From Clostridia bacterium (GTDB lineage: Bacteria > Bacillota > Clostridia > TANB77 > CAG-508): DNA of 24,000 nt. Below the pieces are notes generated by a model. That model was not told the DNA's origin and made no database searches. It worked only from the letters and a program-made list of their open reading frames with translations. The stretch covers positions 2,076 to 26,075 of the forward strand of contig JAFWDV010000017.1 of the NCBI GenBank assembly GCA_017515985.1, read 5' to 3'. Positions within the stretch are counted from its first letter, which is position 1; each line of letters starts with the position of its first letter. This document shows, in pieces, positions 16,688-24,000 of the stretch. The position numbers and the translations under genes were made by a program.

Positions 16688-16763
16688 ATAGCATTACCTC
16701 TATCTTTTGTGTTATTTTTTTACCTACACACAATTAACATCTTCTTTAATTTATACAATTGAA

Positions 16764-17303
16764 TTACCACTCTAAAATAATTTTGCAATTAGGTTTACCA
16801 TAGAACATATTGTCATAGTATTCCATTTCAATATAGTTACTTCTGTTATTTAAAGCGTAAGCTACAGATGCAGATGTTTTTCTCCCCTTGCTAACTGTTC
16901 CACCATATTTTGTATTTGCTGGATATGCCTCTAATTTATTGTTTTCTTTATCGTATGCATTAAAATTTAAACTACTAACATATAGATCATCTTCATCCGT
17001 AAGATTTTCATATTCATATTCTATTACTATAACTCTATCTGCTTTGGTATCTGAGAAACTATTTCTTTCCTCCGTTTCAGATATATTTGTAATCTTAACA
17101 CGGTATTTTCCATAATCATTTGTTATATATATATCGTCATTTATTCCATATTTAGGTATTTCACTTACTTCTGATACTGTACCATTTGAGTCCGTACTTG
17201 TACTAACATTACCAGAATCCAAAGTGCTACCAACCGCTAACATAAAATAAATAGTACCACACATTAATACACATAATAAATTTCTAATTTTTTTCATAAT
17301 CAT
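16764..17303 (-). CDS. Predicted exported protein of unknown function
   Basis: N-terminal hydrophobic segment followed by a beta-rich domain KYRVKITNISETEER...DRVIVIEYEYENLTDEDD. Confidence 0.6.
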   Translation of the reverse strand: MIMKKIRNLLCVLMCGTIYFMLAVGSTLDSGNVSTSTDSNGTVSEVSEIPKYGINDDIYITNDYGKYRVKITNISETEERNSFSDTKADRVIVIEYEYENLTDEDDLYVSSLNFNAYDKENNKLEAYPANTKYGGTVSKGRKTSASVAYALNNRSNYIEMEYYDNMFYGKPNCKIILEW

Positions 17304-17655
17304 TCCCCCAATACTTTTTTTCTATTAAGCATGCAATACATGATGCACAAAAATAAACAATAATGTCTAAATAATCAGATGTGCCATTAACTATATTCTT
17401 ATACTGGCATATTTCAAATAATGCTCCTAATATAACTGTATAAATTGCAGTTACCCAAATATATTTTTGGGTAATTTTTTTCATAAAACACACTACTATA
17501 AAATAAAAACTGATAACCCACAATCCATCTAGTACATAGTTTTTGATTATTGACGATAAATAATTATTCTTTGCCAATACTTTATAGTGATACAAACTGT
17601 AGATTATAACTCCCAGTATTAGTGGTAATACAATAGATACTATTCTTTTACGCAT
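17284..17655 (-). CDS. Small integral membrane protein, possibly VanZ/DUF2809-like
   Basis: Four predicted TM segments and a LFEICQY motif. Confidence 0.55.
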   Translation of the reverse strand: MRKRIVSIVLPLILGVIIYSLYHYKVLAKNNYLSSIIKNYVLDGLWVISFYFIVVCFMKKITQKYIWVTAIYTVILGALFEICQYKNIVNGTSDYLDIIVYFCASCIACLIEKKYWGNDYEKN

Positions 17656-17697
17656 CTTTGTTTCTCCTCTGCATACTTAATTTAATTAATGCTATCA

Positions 17698-17748
17698 AAA
17701 AATGTCGAAATATGCAATTTAAATCGTATTGCATATTTCGACATTTTT
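17698..17748. repeat. Long palindromic element, copy 1
   Basis: 21-bp perfect arms AAAAATGTCGAAATATGCAAT / ATTGCATATTTCGACATTTTT. Confidence 0.9.
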
Positions 17749-17798
17749 CGACTTTTTATCTATTACAAATTTTATTCTTTTTTATTTTATCGTATTAA

Positions 17799-17981
17799 TT
17801 ATTTCCTTTTTCTTGCCTCTATGGTAGCCTCTATTATTTGCTTTTCAAGTTCCATTTTCTCAAGTTCCTCCGGTGTAAATTCTTCCTCAATTTCTTTTTT
17901 TACATCTTCCCACCTTTTAAAATTCCCCATCATACTCAACTCCTTTTTTATAATCATCCAATAATCTTTTTGCTTTTTCAA
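17799..17981 (-). pseudogene. Possible truncated HigA-like antitoxin
   Basis: FKRWEDVKKEIEEEFTPEELEKMELEKQIIEATIEARKRK resembles the region just before the HTH of HigA-type proteins and stops there. Confidence 0.4.
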
Positions 17982-18092
17982 TTCTTATCTTCGTAAAATT
18001 CTATGTTGTACAATAATTTGCATTATATTTTAAAAAGAATAATATTTTGATATCATTTTATGATATATTTCTTGCAATCCAAATTATAATTT

Positions 18093-18129
18093 AAAAAGCT
18101 TCGCCTCTGTATGTGAGACTAAGCTTTTT
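18093..18129 (-). terminator. Intrinsic terminator of the 5S-like RNA
   Basis: AAAAAGCTT A GTCTC ACATACA GAGGC G AAGCTTTTT, about 14 paired positions, ends in T-run. Confidence 0.85.
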
Positions 18130-18135
18130 AGTGTT

Positions 18136-18238
18136 AGTTATTTGGTAGGCGTGGCCTTCTCCTACATCTCTCGGGTATATATACCCTATCAGTACCATCG
18201 GCGTGTGGTTGCCACGAAATTTACCACCTCAAATAACT
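18136..18238 (-). ncRNA. 5S rRNA-like RNA with reduced helix II/III arm
   Basis: AGTTATTTG/CAAATAACT 9-bp closing helix, CGCCGATGGTACTG, GGG...CCCGAGAGATGTAGG (helix IV/V and loop E-like), positions consistent with bacterial 5S rRNA. Confidence 0.8.
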
Positions 18239-18244
18239 ACTTCT

Positions 18245-18274
18245 ATTATACTTAAATTATATCATTTTTGTCTA
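18245..18274 (-). promoter_or_regulatory. Promoter of the 5S-like RNA
   Basis: TAGACA (18274-18269), 18-nt spacer, TATAAT (18250-18245), predicted +1 at 18238, exactly where the closing helix begins. Confidence 0.75.
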
Positions 18275-18390
18275 TCTTTCTCCAGACAATTTCTTTTAAT
18301 TTTCTGAAAAAAATATCCTATCACAAATTTAGATAAAAATATCATACATATATTATAAACCATTATATAATACAGCTTTATTTCAAATCA

Positions 18391-19791
18391 TTAGTCGGTA
18401 TTACTTATCCATCCTTTCAAAATCTGCACATCTTCGCTGTTGCTATTATCTATATAGCCAAATAAAGTATCCTGAATTCCTTTATATATCTTACATCTGT
18501 AGTTTTCAGGTATTCGTGAAAAAATATTATTTTCTTGAGCCAAATTAGTTACTGGACAAGTACCACAAAATGGCATATATACACATGAATGACACTTATT
18601 TAGACACTCTAAACACGATGAAACACATAGAGCTTTTGTTGTATCCGATTTAACTAAATCGTTATAATTATTCTCAAAAACATTTCCAATTTTAAAGCTA
18701 TCATCACCCATTTCTGATAACATTCTTCCTTCATCACATGTATATACATTTCCATCGTAATAGTATGCCATTTGTCCTATTGCTCCACCACATGGCGACC
18801 TAAGTTCCATATAATTTATAGGTTCATTTGCTAATATTTTCTTCAAAAAAATACAACTGTGTCTCTCAGATATATTTATTCCTTCTTTATTCTTCTCTAT
18901 AATATACGAGAGAATATTTTTATAAAACTCAATAAATTCTTCAGCAGAATAACCTATTTTTTCCCAATTCCTATCCGCCTTTCCCAGTTGAGTCAATGGT
19001 CTTACAAATAGATCTTTAAATCCTAAATTTATATATTCATCTACAATTTCTTTGTATTTATTTAAACTGTACCTAGTTGTTGTTTGTATAGCAGAAACTG
19101 GAATATTATGTTCTTGTAACTGTTTTATTTTTTTGATAGTTTCATTATATGAATCGTTATTTGCATATGGTCTATTTTTATTCTGTAGCTCCCTATTGCC
19201 ATCAATTGATGTACATACAATCAAATTGTTATCTTTAATAAATTGAATCATGTCATCCGTTAGAAGAGTTAGGTTTGATACTAGATTATATTCTATATAT
19301 TTTCCATTAGCATTTTCATTTGCGTATTTTACAATAAATTTAATAACATCAAAATTCAATAATGGCTCTCCACCTTGAAACTCAATGGTAATATACTTAG
19401 TTGGCGATTGAAGAGCAATGTCAACACATCTCTTAGCAGTATCTATATCCATATTAAAGTTTTCTTTTTGTGATAAATTTCCAGCTTGGCAATATACACA
19501 ATTAAAATTACAATTCTTTGTAACTACAATTATATGTAATGCAGTCGGAGTAAATATATAGTTTTTCTGTTTTCTTACTTCCAAATAAGATTTATTGGCA
19601 AAAATTTCAGAATTTTCGTCGTATATAAATCGCTTCTGTATAAGTTGCTCTTTAATATCATTCTCTAGCTCTTCCTTCATCATTAATTTCTTAAAATTAT
19701 CTTTACTCAAGAACTGATATTTACCTAAATCGTTTGTAATTAAATAATTATTTTCACGCTCTTCAAAATTGAAGTAATTTAACTTGTACAT
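18391..19791 (-). CDS. hxsB: His-Xaa-Ser system radical SAM/SPASM maturase HxsB-like
   Basis: VTKNCNFNCVYCQ radical SAM motif, IEFQGGEPLLNFDVI, SPASM-type Cys-rich C-terminus C..CLNKCHSCVYMPFCGTCP; paired with an HxsC-like gene and an HxsD-like gene. Confidence 0.88.
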   Translation of the reverse strand: MYKLNYFNFEERENNYLITNDLGKYQFLSKDNFKKLMMKEELENDIKEQLIQKRFIYDENSEIFANKSYLEVRKQKNYIFTPTALHIIVVTKNCNFNCVYCQAGNLSQKENFNMDIDTAKRCVDIALQSPTKYITIEFQGGEPLLNFDVIKFIVKYANENANGKYIEYNLVSNLTLLTDDMIQFIKDNNLIVCTSIDGNRELQNKNRPYANNDSYNETIKKIKQLQEHNIPVSAIQTTTRYSLNKYKEIVDEYINLGFKDLFVRPLTQLGKADRNWEKIGYSAEEFIEFYKNILSYIIEKNKEGINISERHSCIFLKKILANEPINYMELRSPCGGAIGQMAYYYDGNVYTCDEGRMLSEMGDDSFKIGNVFENNYNDLVKSDTTKALCVSSCLECLNKCHSCVYMPFCGTCPVTNLAQENNIFSRIPENYRCKIYKGIQDTLFGYIDNSNSEDVQILKGWISNTD

Positions 19792-19800
19792 ATTAATCTC

Positions 19801-20967
19801 CTATTTTATTGGATTTACTTTTATTTCTTTCATATTAATTGTAGAAAAGAAAAATCCTCCACAATAATCTTTCGCTTTACATTCCATACATTCATCCTTA
19901 AATCTTACTTTGTAATCACTAATGCTCTTCTTAGCAATACTATATAATCTATTATCAATTTTGCACAATGGGAAATTATATAAACTAGTTTGTATTCCAG
20001 CCTTTAATAGTGTTAATACCGGATCAAATAAATAACTTTTTACCTCATCGAAATTTACCCATACATTATCTTTGTTTTTGAATGCATTTCCACTCATCTC
20101 TAAAGCCATAATATTAACAAATTTAACGTTTTTCAGCTCCTTCGCTATAAAAGTAGCTATATTGGATAAATATTTATAGTTTTGCTTTAATACAACAATT
20201 CTAATTTCTATCTCAATATTCCTTTGTAATAAATTCTTTATACCCATAACTGCTTCTTCAAAACTTCCTTCTGCTCGAGTAATACTATCATGTAATATTG
20301 CATTATCCGCATATATTGGAATTGCGATTTGAATCTTTGAAGGTGCATTTTTTACAAATTCGTTTGAAAAATTTATATCTGAAAAAATTCTCCCATTAGA
20401 CAATAACAAAAAATTTGTTTCAGGAAGACATTCTTTACATTCTCTAACAACATCAACTAAACCATACTTTAATATTCCTGGCTCTCCTCCAGTAATGCAT
20501 ATATTTTCCGTATCATCTGGAATACACCTTATTTGTTTTCTTATTTTGTTAATATCTGGCACATAATGATTATTCCTAACTTGGTCTGAATCCGGACACA
20601 TTATACAGTTTGAATTGCATTGATTGGTAACTTGAATAAAATTGTCGCCCGAATCATCTCTATATAGAACCCTAATATATGTATCATCAATCATCTCTAT
20701 AACATCATTGTTTATGAGTGTTTCCACATTTGTAATATCCGTTGCATAATTAATATTATCTAAGTCATATGCTGGTATCCAATCAATAAAAATATATCCC
20801 AAATATCCATCTTCATACAAATCTATATGCTCTTTATCTATTATTTGTATATAATTGGATTTATTATCAGTATTATCATTTTTTACTAATCTTCCAATTA
20901 TGTAATAATCTTCACTTTTAACACTTATTTTTCCTTTTAATATAAATGGTCTATTTTTCATATACAT
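19801..20967 (-). CDS. hxsC: His-Xaa-Ser system radical SAM maturase HxsC-like
   Basis: VTNQCNSNCIMCPDS, ICITGGEPGI, LPIYADNAILHD-type segment, C-terminal CxxCxxxxxC. Confidence 0.9.
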   Translation of the reverse strand: MYMKNRPFILKGKISVKSEDYYIIGRLVKNDNTDNKSNYIQIIDKEHIDLYEDGYLGYIFIDWIPAYDLDNINYATDITNVETLINNDVIEMIDDTYIRVLYRDDSGDNFIQVTNQCNSNCIMCPDSDQVRNNHYVPDINKIRKQIRCIPDDTENICITGGEPGILKYGLVDVVRECKECLPETNFLLLSNGRIFSDINFSNEFVKNAPSKIQIAIPIYADNAILHDSITRAEGSFEEAVMGIKNLLQRNIEIEIRIVVLKQNYKYLSNIATFIAKELKNVKFVNIMALEMSGNAFKNKDNVWVNFDEVKSYLFDPVLTLLKAGIQTSLYNFPLCKIDNRLYSIAKKSISDYKVRFKDECMECKAKDYCGGFFFSTINMKEIKVNPIK

Positions 20968-20971
20968 TCTC

Positions 20972-22009
20972 CTATAGAATTACTTTTATAACTAAATATA
21001 TTGTTGTTCCAACAAAAATAAATGGAGCAAATGGCATATGTCTCACTATTACAATCTGTTTTCTTCCTTTTTTTGTTCTACTCCATCTTTTTATACTATC
21101 AATTTCCGCTTCTGTAATTCTTGAATCTGTAGTTTCTGTTGTCTTTTCTGGTAACCCCTTTACCTTCGATCCATAGAACATTAATATAGTCTCAAAAGCA
21201 AGTATCATACCTGGTTTTAAATCATCAACATTAATTTCTTCATAGTTGTATTTTTCTGATATCTGCCTAAATAAAAATAAAATCAAAACAAGAAAAATCA
21301 TTTTTATGTTAATAGAATATATAACAAATCCATATAAAAAAGTATATATAATATTTAATAATATAGCTATTATCATTATGATTACATAGTTTCTTCGTTT
21401 TGAAACAGCTCTATATAAAAAAGTAATAAATAGCATATTACAAATCAGCAATAGAGCACCATTATATCTATTAAATTCTGGAAAAAATGTGCTTATAATA
21501 TTATTAATCAGCATAATAGAGAAATATGCCGTAAAGTATTGTATGGAAAAGTCTATCCAATTTATTCTAGATAATCTAACCAAAGAAGTTTTTGTAAATT
21601 TTTCTCTATCTTTAATCCATAATATTACGGTTTCAATAGCTACATATATAAAAGCACTACTAAATATCATAATTAATAAAAAAACAGATGGAAATATATT
21701 TTCTTTTGGCGCTTCATATATTGAGAAAGGGATAATGAACGATATAACCCAAAATAACTTTGCATCTCCTGCTGCCCATATTTTAAAATAGTAAAATAAG
21801 AAGGATAGTATCAGTGTTATGATGTTATTTATGATGTGACTAACTATAAATTCTGTTTCAATCTCCTTATAAAATACTATGTATATGCATGAACTAACAG
21901 CCAATGAAACTAGTACAATTTTATTGTATATCTTCTTGCTCTTTATATCTGTTATGGACGCATATACACATAATAAAACAACAATAATACTTTGCAAATA
22001 AACTAACAT
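20972..22009 (-). CDS. A24 family (prepilin-type) peptidase
   Basis: Multi-TM protein with two catalytic-Asp motifs SITDIKSKKIYN and WAAGDAKLF, and a terminal MPFAPFIFVGTTIYLVI segment; overlaps hxsD. Confidence 0.82.
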   Translation of the reverse strand: MLVYLQSIIVVLLCVYASITDIKSKKIYNKIVLVSLAVSSCIYIVFYKEIETEFIVSHIINNIITLILSFLFYYFKIWAAGDAKLFWVISFIIPFSIYEAPKENIFPSVFLLIMIFSSAFIYVAIETVILWIKDREKFTKTSLVRLSRINWIDFSIQYFTAYFSIMLINNIISTFFPEFNRYNGALLLICNMLFITFLYRAVSKRRNYVIIMIIAILLNIIYTFLYGFVIYSINIKMIFLVLILFLFRQISEKYNYEEINVDDLKPGMILAFETILMFYGSKVKGLPEKTTETTDSRITEAEIDSIKRWSRTKKGRKQIVIVRHMPFAPFIFVGTTIYLVIKVIL

Positions 22010-22425
22010 TCTTGTCCTCTATTCTTATCAAACCAATTTACAGCAATTTCATTTATATCATGATTTTTGTCATTGTTATCGTAATCAACAGTATTTTCGT
22101 CTGTATCTATACAGGTAGTATATAATGCCCTACCTAAAATTAATTCCCTTATGTTCTTTGTTTGTATCATAATGTCATATCTTAATGACTCGTTAAAAAG
22201 CTCATTATATAACTTTTTAATGTACTCATCTATATTAGTATTCTGATCCTTTAAATATATTTTCACAAGAATAATATTTTCATCAAAATGATCAAGCATA
22301 TAGTAGCAGTCTTCTATATAATTAAAAAGTGCCTTTTTTATAACTACTAAGTTATATATTCTTTCGTCTAAGTATAGCTCAATAAGATTTTCTTCTTTAA
22401 CTATATTAATTTTACTATTATTCAT
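22003..22425 (-). CDS. hxsD: His-Xaa-Ser system protein HxsD-like
   Basis: VIKKALFNYIEDCYYMLDHFDENIILVKIY...LYNELFNESLRYDIMIQTKNIRELILGRALYT between the hxsA-like gene and the maturases. Confidence 0.82.
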   Translation of the reverse strand: MNNSKINIVKEENLIELYLDERIYNLVVIKKALFNYIEDCYYMLDHFDENIILVKIYLKDQNTNIDEYIKKLYNELFNESLRYDIMIQTKNIRELILGRALYTTCIDTDENTVDYDNNDKNHDINEIAVNWFDKNRGQEC

Positions 22426-22438
22426 TTATTAATCTCCT

Positions 22439-22861
22439 CTATGGCATTGGTGTTTTAAGTGGTATTTGTGGTTCATTAAAGTCTGGAATTGTTTCTACAG
22501 GTTTCGTCGTTGTCACGCTATTATTTGTTGAGTTTCCTGAAGTAATGCCACTATTAGAGCTACTATAATGAGTTGAACTGCTGTTACCATGTGTTGATGA
22601 ACCACTACTATGGCTTTGATGGCTTCGATGACTTTGGTGACTGTAATGTCCTCCGGAACTTCCAGATGAATGTGAAGAATGAGATCTATGCGATGAATGC
22701 GATCTATGGGCTGCCAAAACTTCATCTGCAAATATTATTCCAGCTAATAATACCAATGATCCAACTGTTAATATTTTCCCCCTACTTATATTACCTTCTT
22801 CCTCATATAAGAAATCAGATATTTTTCTATTTACCTTAGATAAAAATTTTTCATTTTCCAT
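22439..22861 (-). CDS. hxsA: HxsA-like His-Xaa-Ser repeat substrate protein
   Basis: AAHRSHSSHRSHSSHSSGSSGGHYSHQSHRSHQSHSS repeats after a hydrophobic segment; operonic with hxsD/C/B. Confidence 0.85.
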   Translation of the reverse strand: MENEKFLSKVNRKISDFLYEEEGNISRGKILTVGSLVLLAGIIFADEVLAAHRSHSSHRSHSSHSSGSSGGHYSHQSHRSHQSHSSGSSTHGNSSSTHYSSSNSGITSGNSTNNSVTTTKPVETIPDFNEPQIPLKTPMP

Positions 22862-22870
22862 AGATTCCTC

Positions 22871-23671
22871 CTACTTTGAATACTTGTTATTTGTCCAAGT
22901 TCCAGTATAACTTTTCCCATTTTTAGTATATGTACCTTTTCCATTAAACTTATTATCTGAAAAACTACCTTTATATACATCTCCATCTGAAAATGTGTAC
23001 GTACCTTCTCCATTCATACAATCATCCTTAAAACTTCCTGTGTACTTATCTCCATTTTTAAATGTATATGTTCCCGTTCCAGACATCTTATTGTTTTCGA
23101 AGCTTCCATCGTATGAATCACCTTCAGCAAATGTAATTTTACCTTTTCCGCTTATCTTATCATCTTTCCACTCACCTTCATATTTTGTACCATCTTTCCA
23201 TGTAAAAGTTCCATTTCCCTCTCTTTTATTATCATTAAACTCTCCGCTATACTCTCCATTCTCAAAAGATGGTACCGTTGGAGTAACTGGCTCTATAGAA
23301 TCTTCTGTATTAGTACTTTCTTCACTTTGAGTTTCATAAACGTCATTGTTATCCGCTATTACTCCTGAATTAGATGTTGTTGCATCATTGCTAGGTATTC
23401 CATTTATAAAAGTGAAAAATAATATCGTAAAAATAAAATATTTACCTATTTTTAAATATTTTATCCCATTCAATATTTTTCTAACTTGTGGTAATAATAT
23501 TATTCCAGCAAGCATTATTGCTATTGATGGTCCAGCAGCTTCTTTGCTATATACAAGACCACTCAAAATAAAAAAAACAGAAAATACATATGAAACAACG
23601 GTTAATACAATATTTTCCTTAGATTTATTTTCATCTACAATTCTTTTTCCTTGGTTATAATCACTTCTCAT
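22871..23671 (-). CDS. Membrane protein with C-terminal MORN repeats
   Basis: N-terminal TM segments then repeats such as GNGTFTWKDGTKYEGEWKDDKISGKGKITFAEGDSYDGSFENNKMSGTGTYTFKNGDKYTGSF; 9 bp upstream of hxsA. Confidence 0.9.
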   Translation of the reverse strand: MRSDYNQGKRIVDENKSKENIVLTVVSYVFSVFFILSGLVYSKEAAGPSIAIMLAGIILLPQVRKILNGIKYLKIGKYFIFTILFFTFINGIPSNDATTSNSGVIADNNDVYETQSEESTNTEDSIEPVTPTVPSFENGEYSGEFNDNKREGNGTFTWKDGTKYEGEWKDDKISGKGKITFAEGDSYDGSFENNKMSGTGTYTFKNGDKYTGSFKDDCMNGEGTYTFSDGDVYKGSFSDNKFNGKGTYTKNGKSYTGTWTNNKYSK

Positions 23672-23716
23672 TAAAATCTCCTTAAATAGTAATATACACT
23701 TTTAGTTAGAATATCA

Positions 23717-23767
23717 AAAAATGTCGAAATATGCAAATTATTTTTATCTGCATATTTCGACATTTTT
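23717..23767. repeat. Long palindromic element, copy 2
   Basis: 19-bp perfect arms AAAAATGTCGAAATATGCA / TGCATATTTCGACATTTTT. Confidence 0.9.
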
Positions 23768-23793
23768 CGACTTCATATATTTAATTAACTTTC

Positions 23794-24000
23794 CTACGCA
23801 GCTCCTGCATAGTCACTACCATTTAATGTTGGAACCTCAAAATCATCATCCAAAATATGAGAACTTATAAAATTCGCATTATTTGCTCCTCTTAAGAAAT
23901 ATGTATGATGTATTTGGTTTAACCATTCCTGGCTTGGTGCACCTTCACCATTAATCCTAGGATCATCCCAAGTAACATCCATAGCATACCATTCACCATC
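23794..24000 (-). CDS. C-terminal end of a transglutaminase-like protein (continues beyond the window)
   Basis: DGEWYAMDVTWDDPRINGEGAPSQEWLNQIHHTYFLRG: the W-x-x-x-DVTWDDP...YFL signature of transglutaminase-like domains. Confidence 0.8.
   Translation of the reverse strand, partial: DGEWYAMDVTWDDPRINGEGAPSQEWLNQIHHTYFLRGANNANFISSHILDDDFEVPTLNGSDYAGAA

Noticed and set aside
18136-18238. Ordinary functional 5S rRNA gene or riboswitch
   Set aside because: Too short and lacking the conserved helix II/III arm (no CCCAUnCCGAAC segment), so not a standard 5S; also followed by a terminator and not linked to a downstream reading frame, so not a typical riboswitch.
22513-23330. ORFs overlapping hxsA and the MORN gene in other frames
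   Set aside because: Repeat-driven alternative frames; the hxsA and MORN frames are supported by recognisable repeats and ribosome-binding sites.

Overview
Low-GC Clostridia-like chromosomal window; almost every gene is on the minus strand. Housekeeping genes: dapA (partial), asd, dgt, a GNAT acetyltransferase, an HD-domain phosphohydrolase and ppdK. Accessory material (about 3.9-5.3 kb and 10.8-24 kb) includes a HicB-like orphan, a YkgJ-like protein facing a 55-aa small ORF, DUF2442/DUF4160, XRE-ImmA/IrrE with a short RelE-like ORF, a PBECR4-like nuclease gene and several small envelope proteins. The right end carries a His-Xaa-Ser (Hxs) radical-SAM peptide-modification operon. Main items for follow-up: (1) a 103-nt RNA (18136-18238, minus) that looks like a 5S rRNA with most of the helix II/III arm missing, with its own promoter and terminator; (2) a structured, 54-nt tandem-repeat leader RNA (about 15200-15410, minus) between a promoter and a terminator-like hairpin just upstream of the PBECR4-like gene, resembling type III toxin-antitoxin layout; (3) an Hxs operon with an embedded A24 (prepilin-type) peptidase and a MORN-repeat membrane protein, whose HxsA-like substrate has a possible prepilin-like N-terminus. 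Family calls are by reading protein motifs only; no database search was run.
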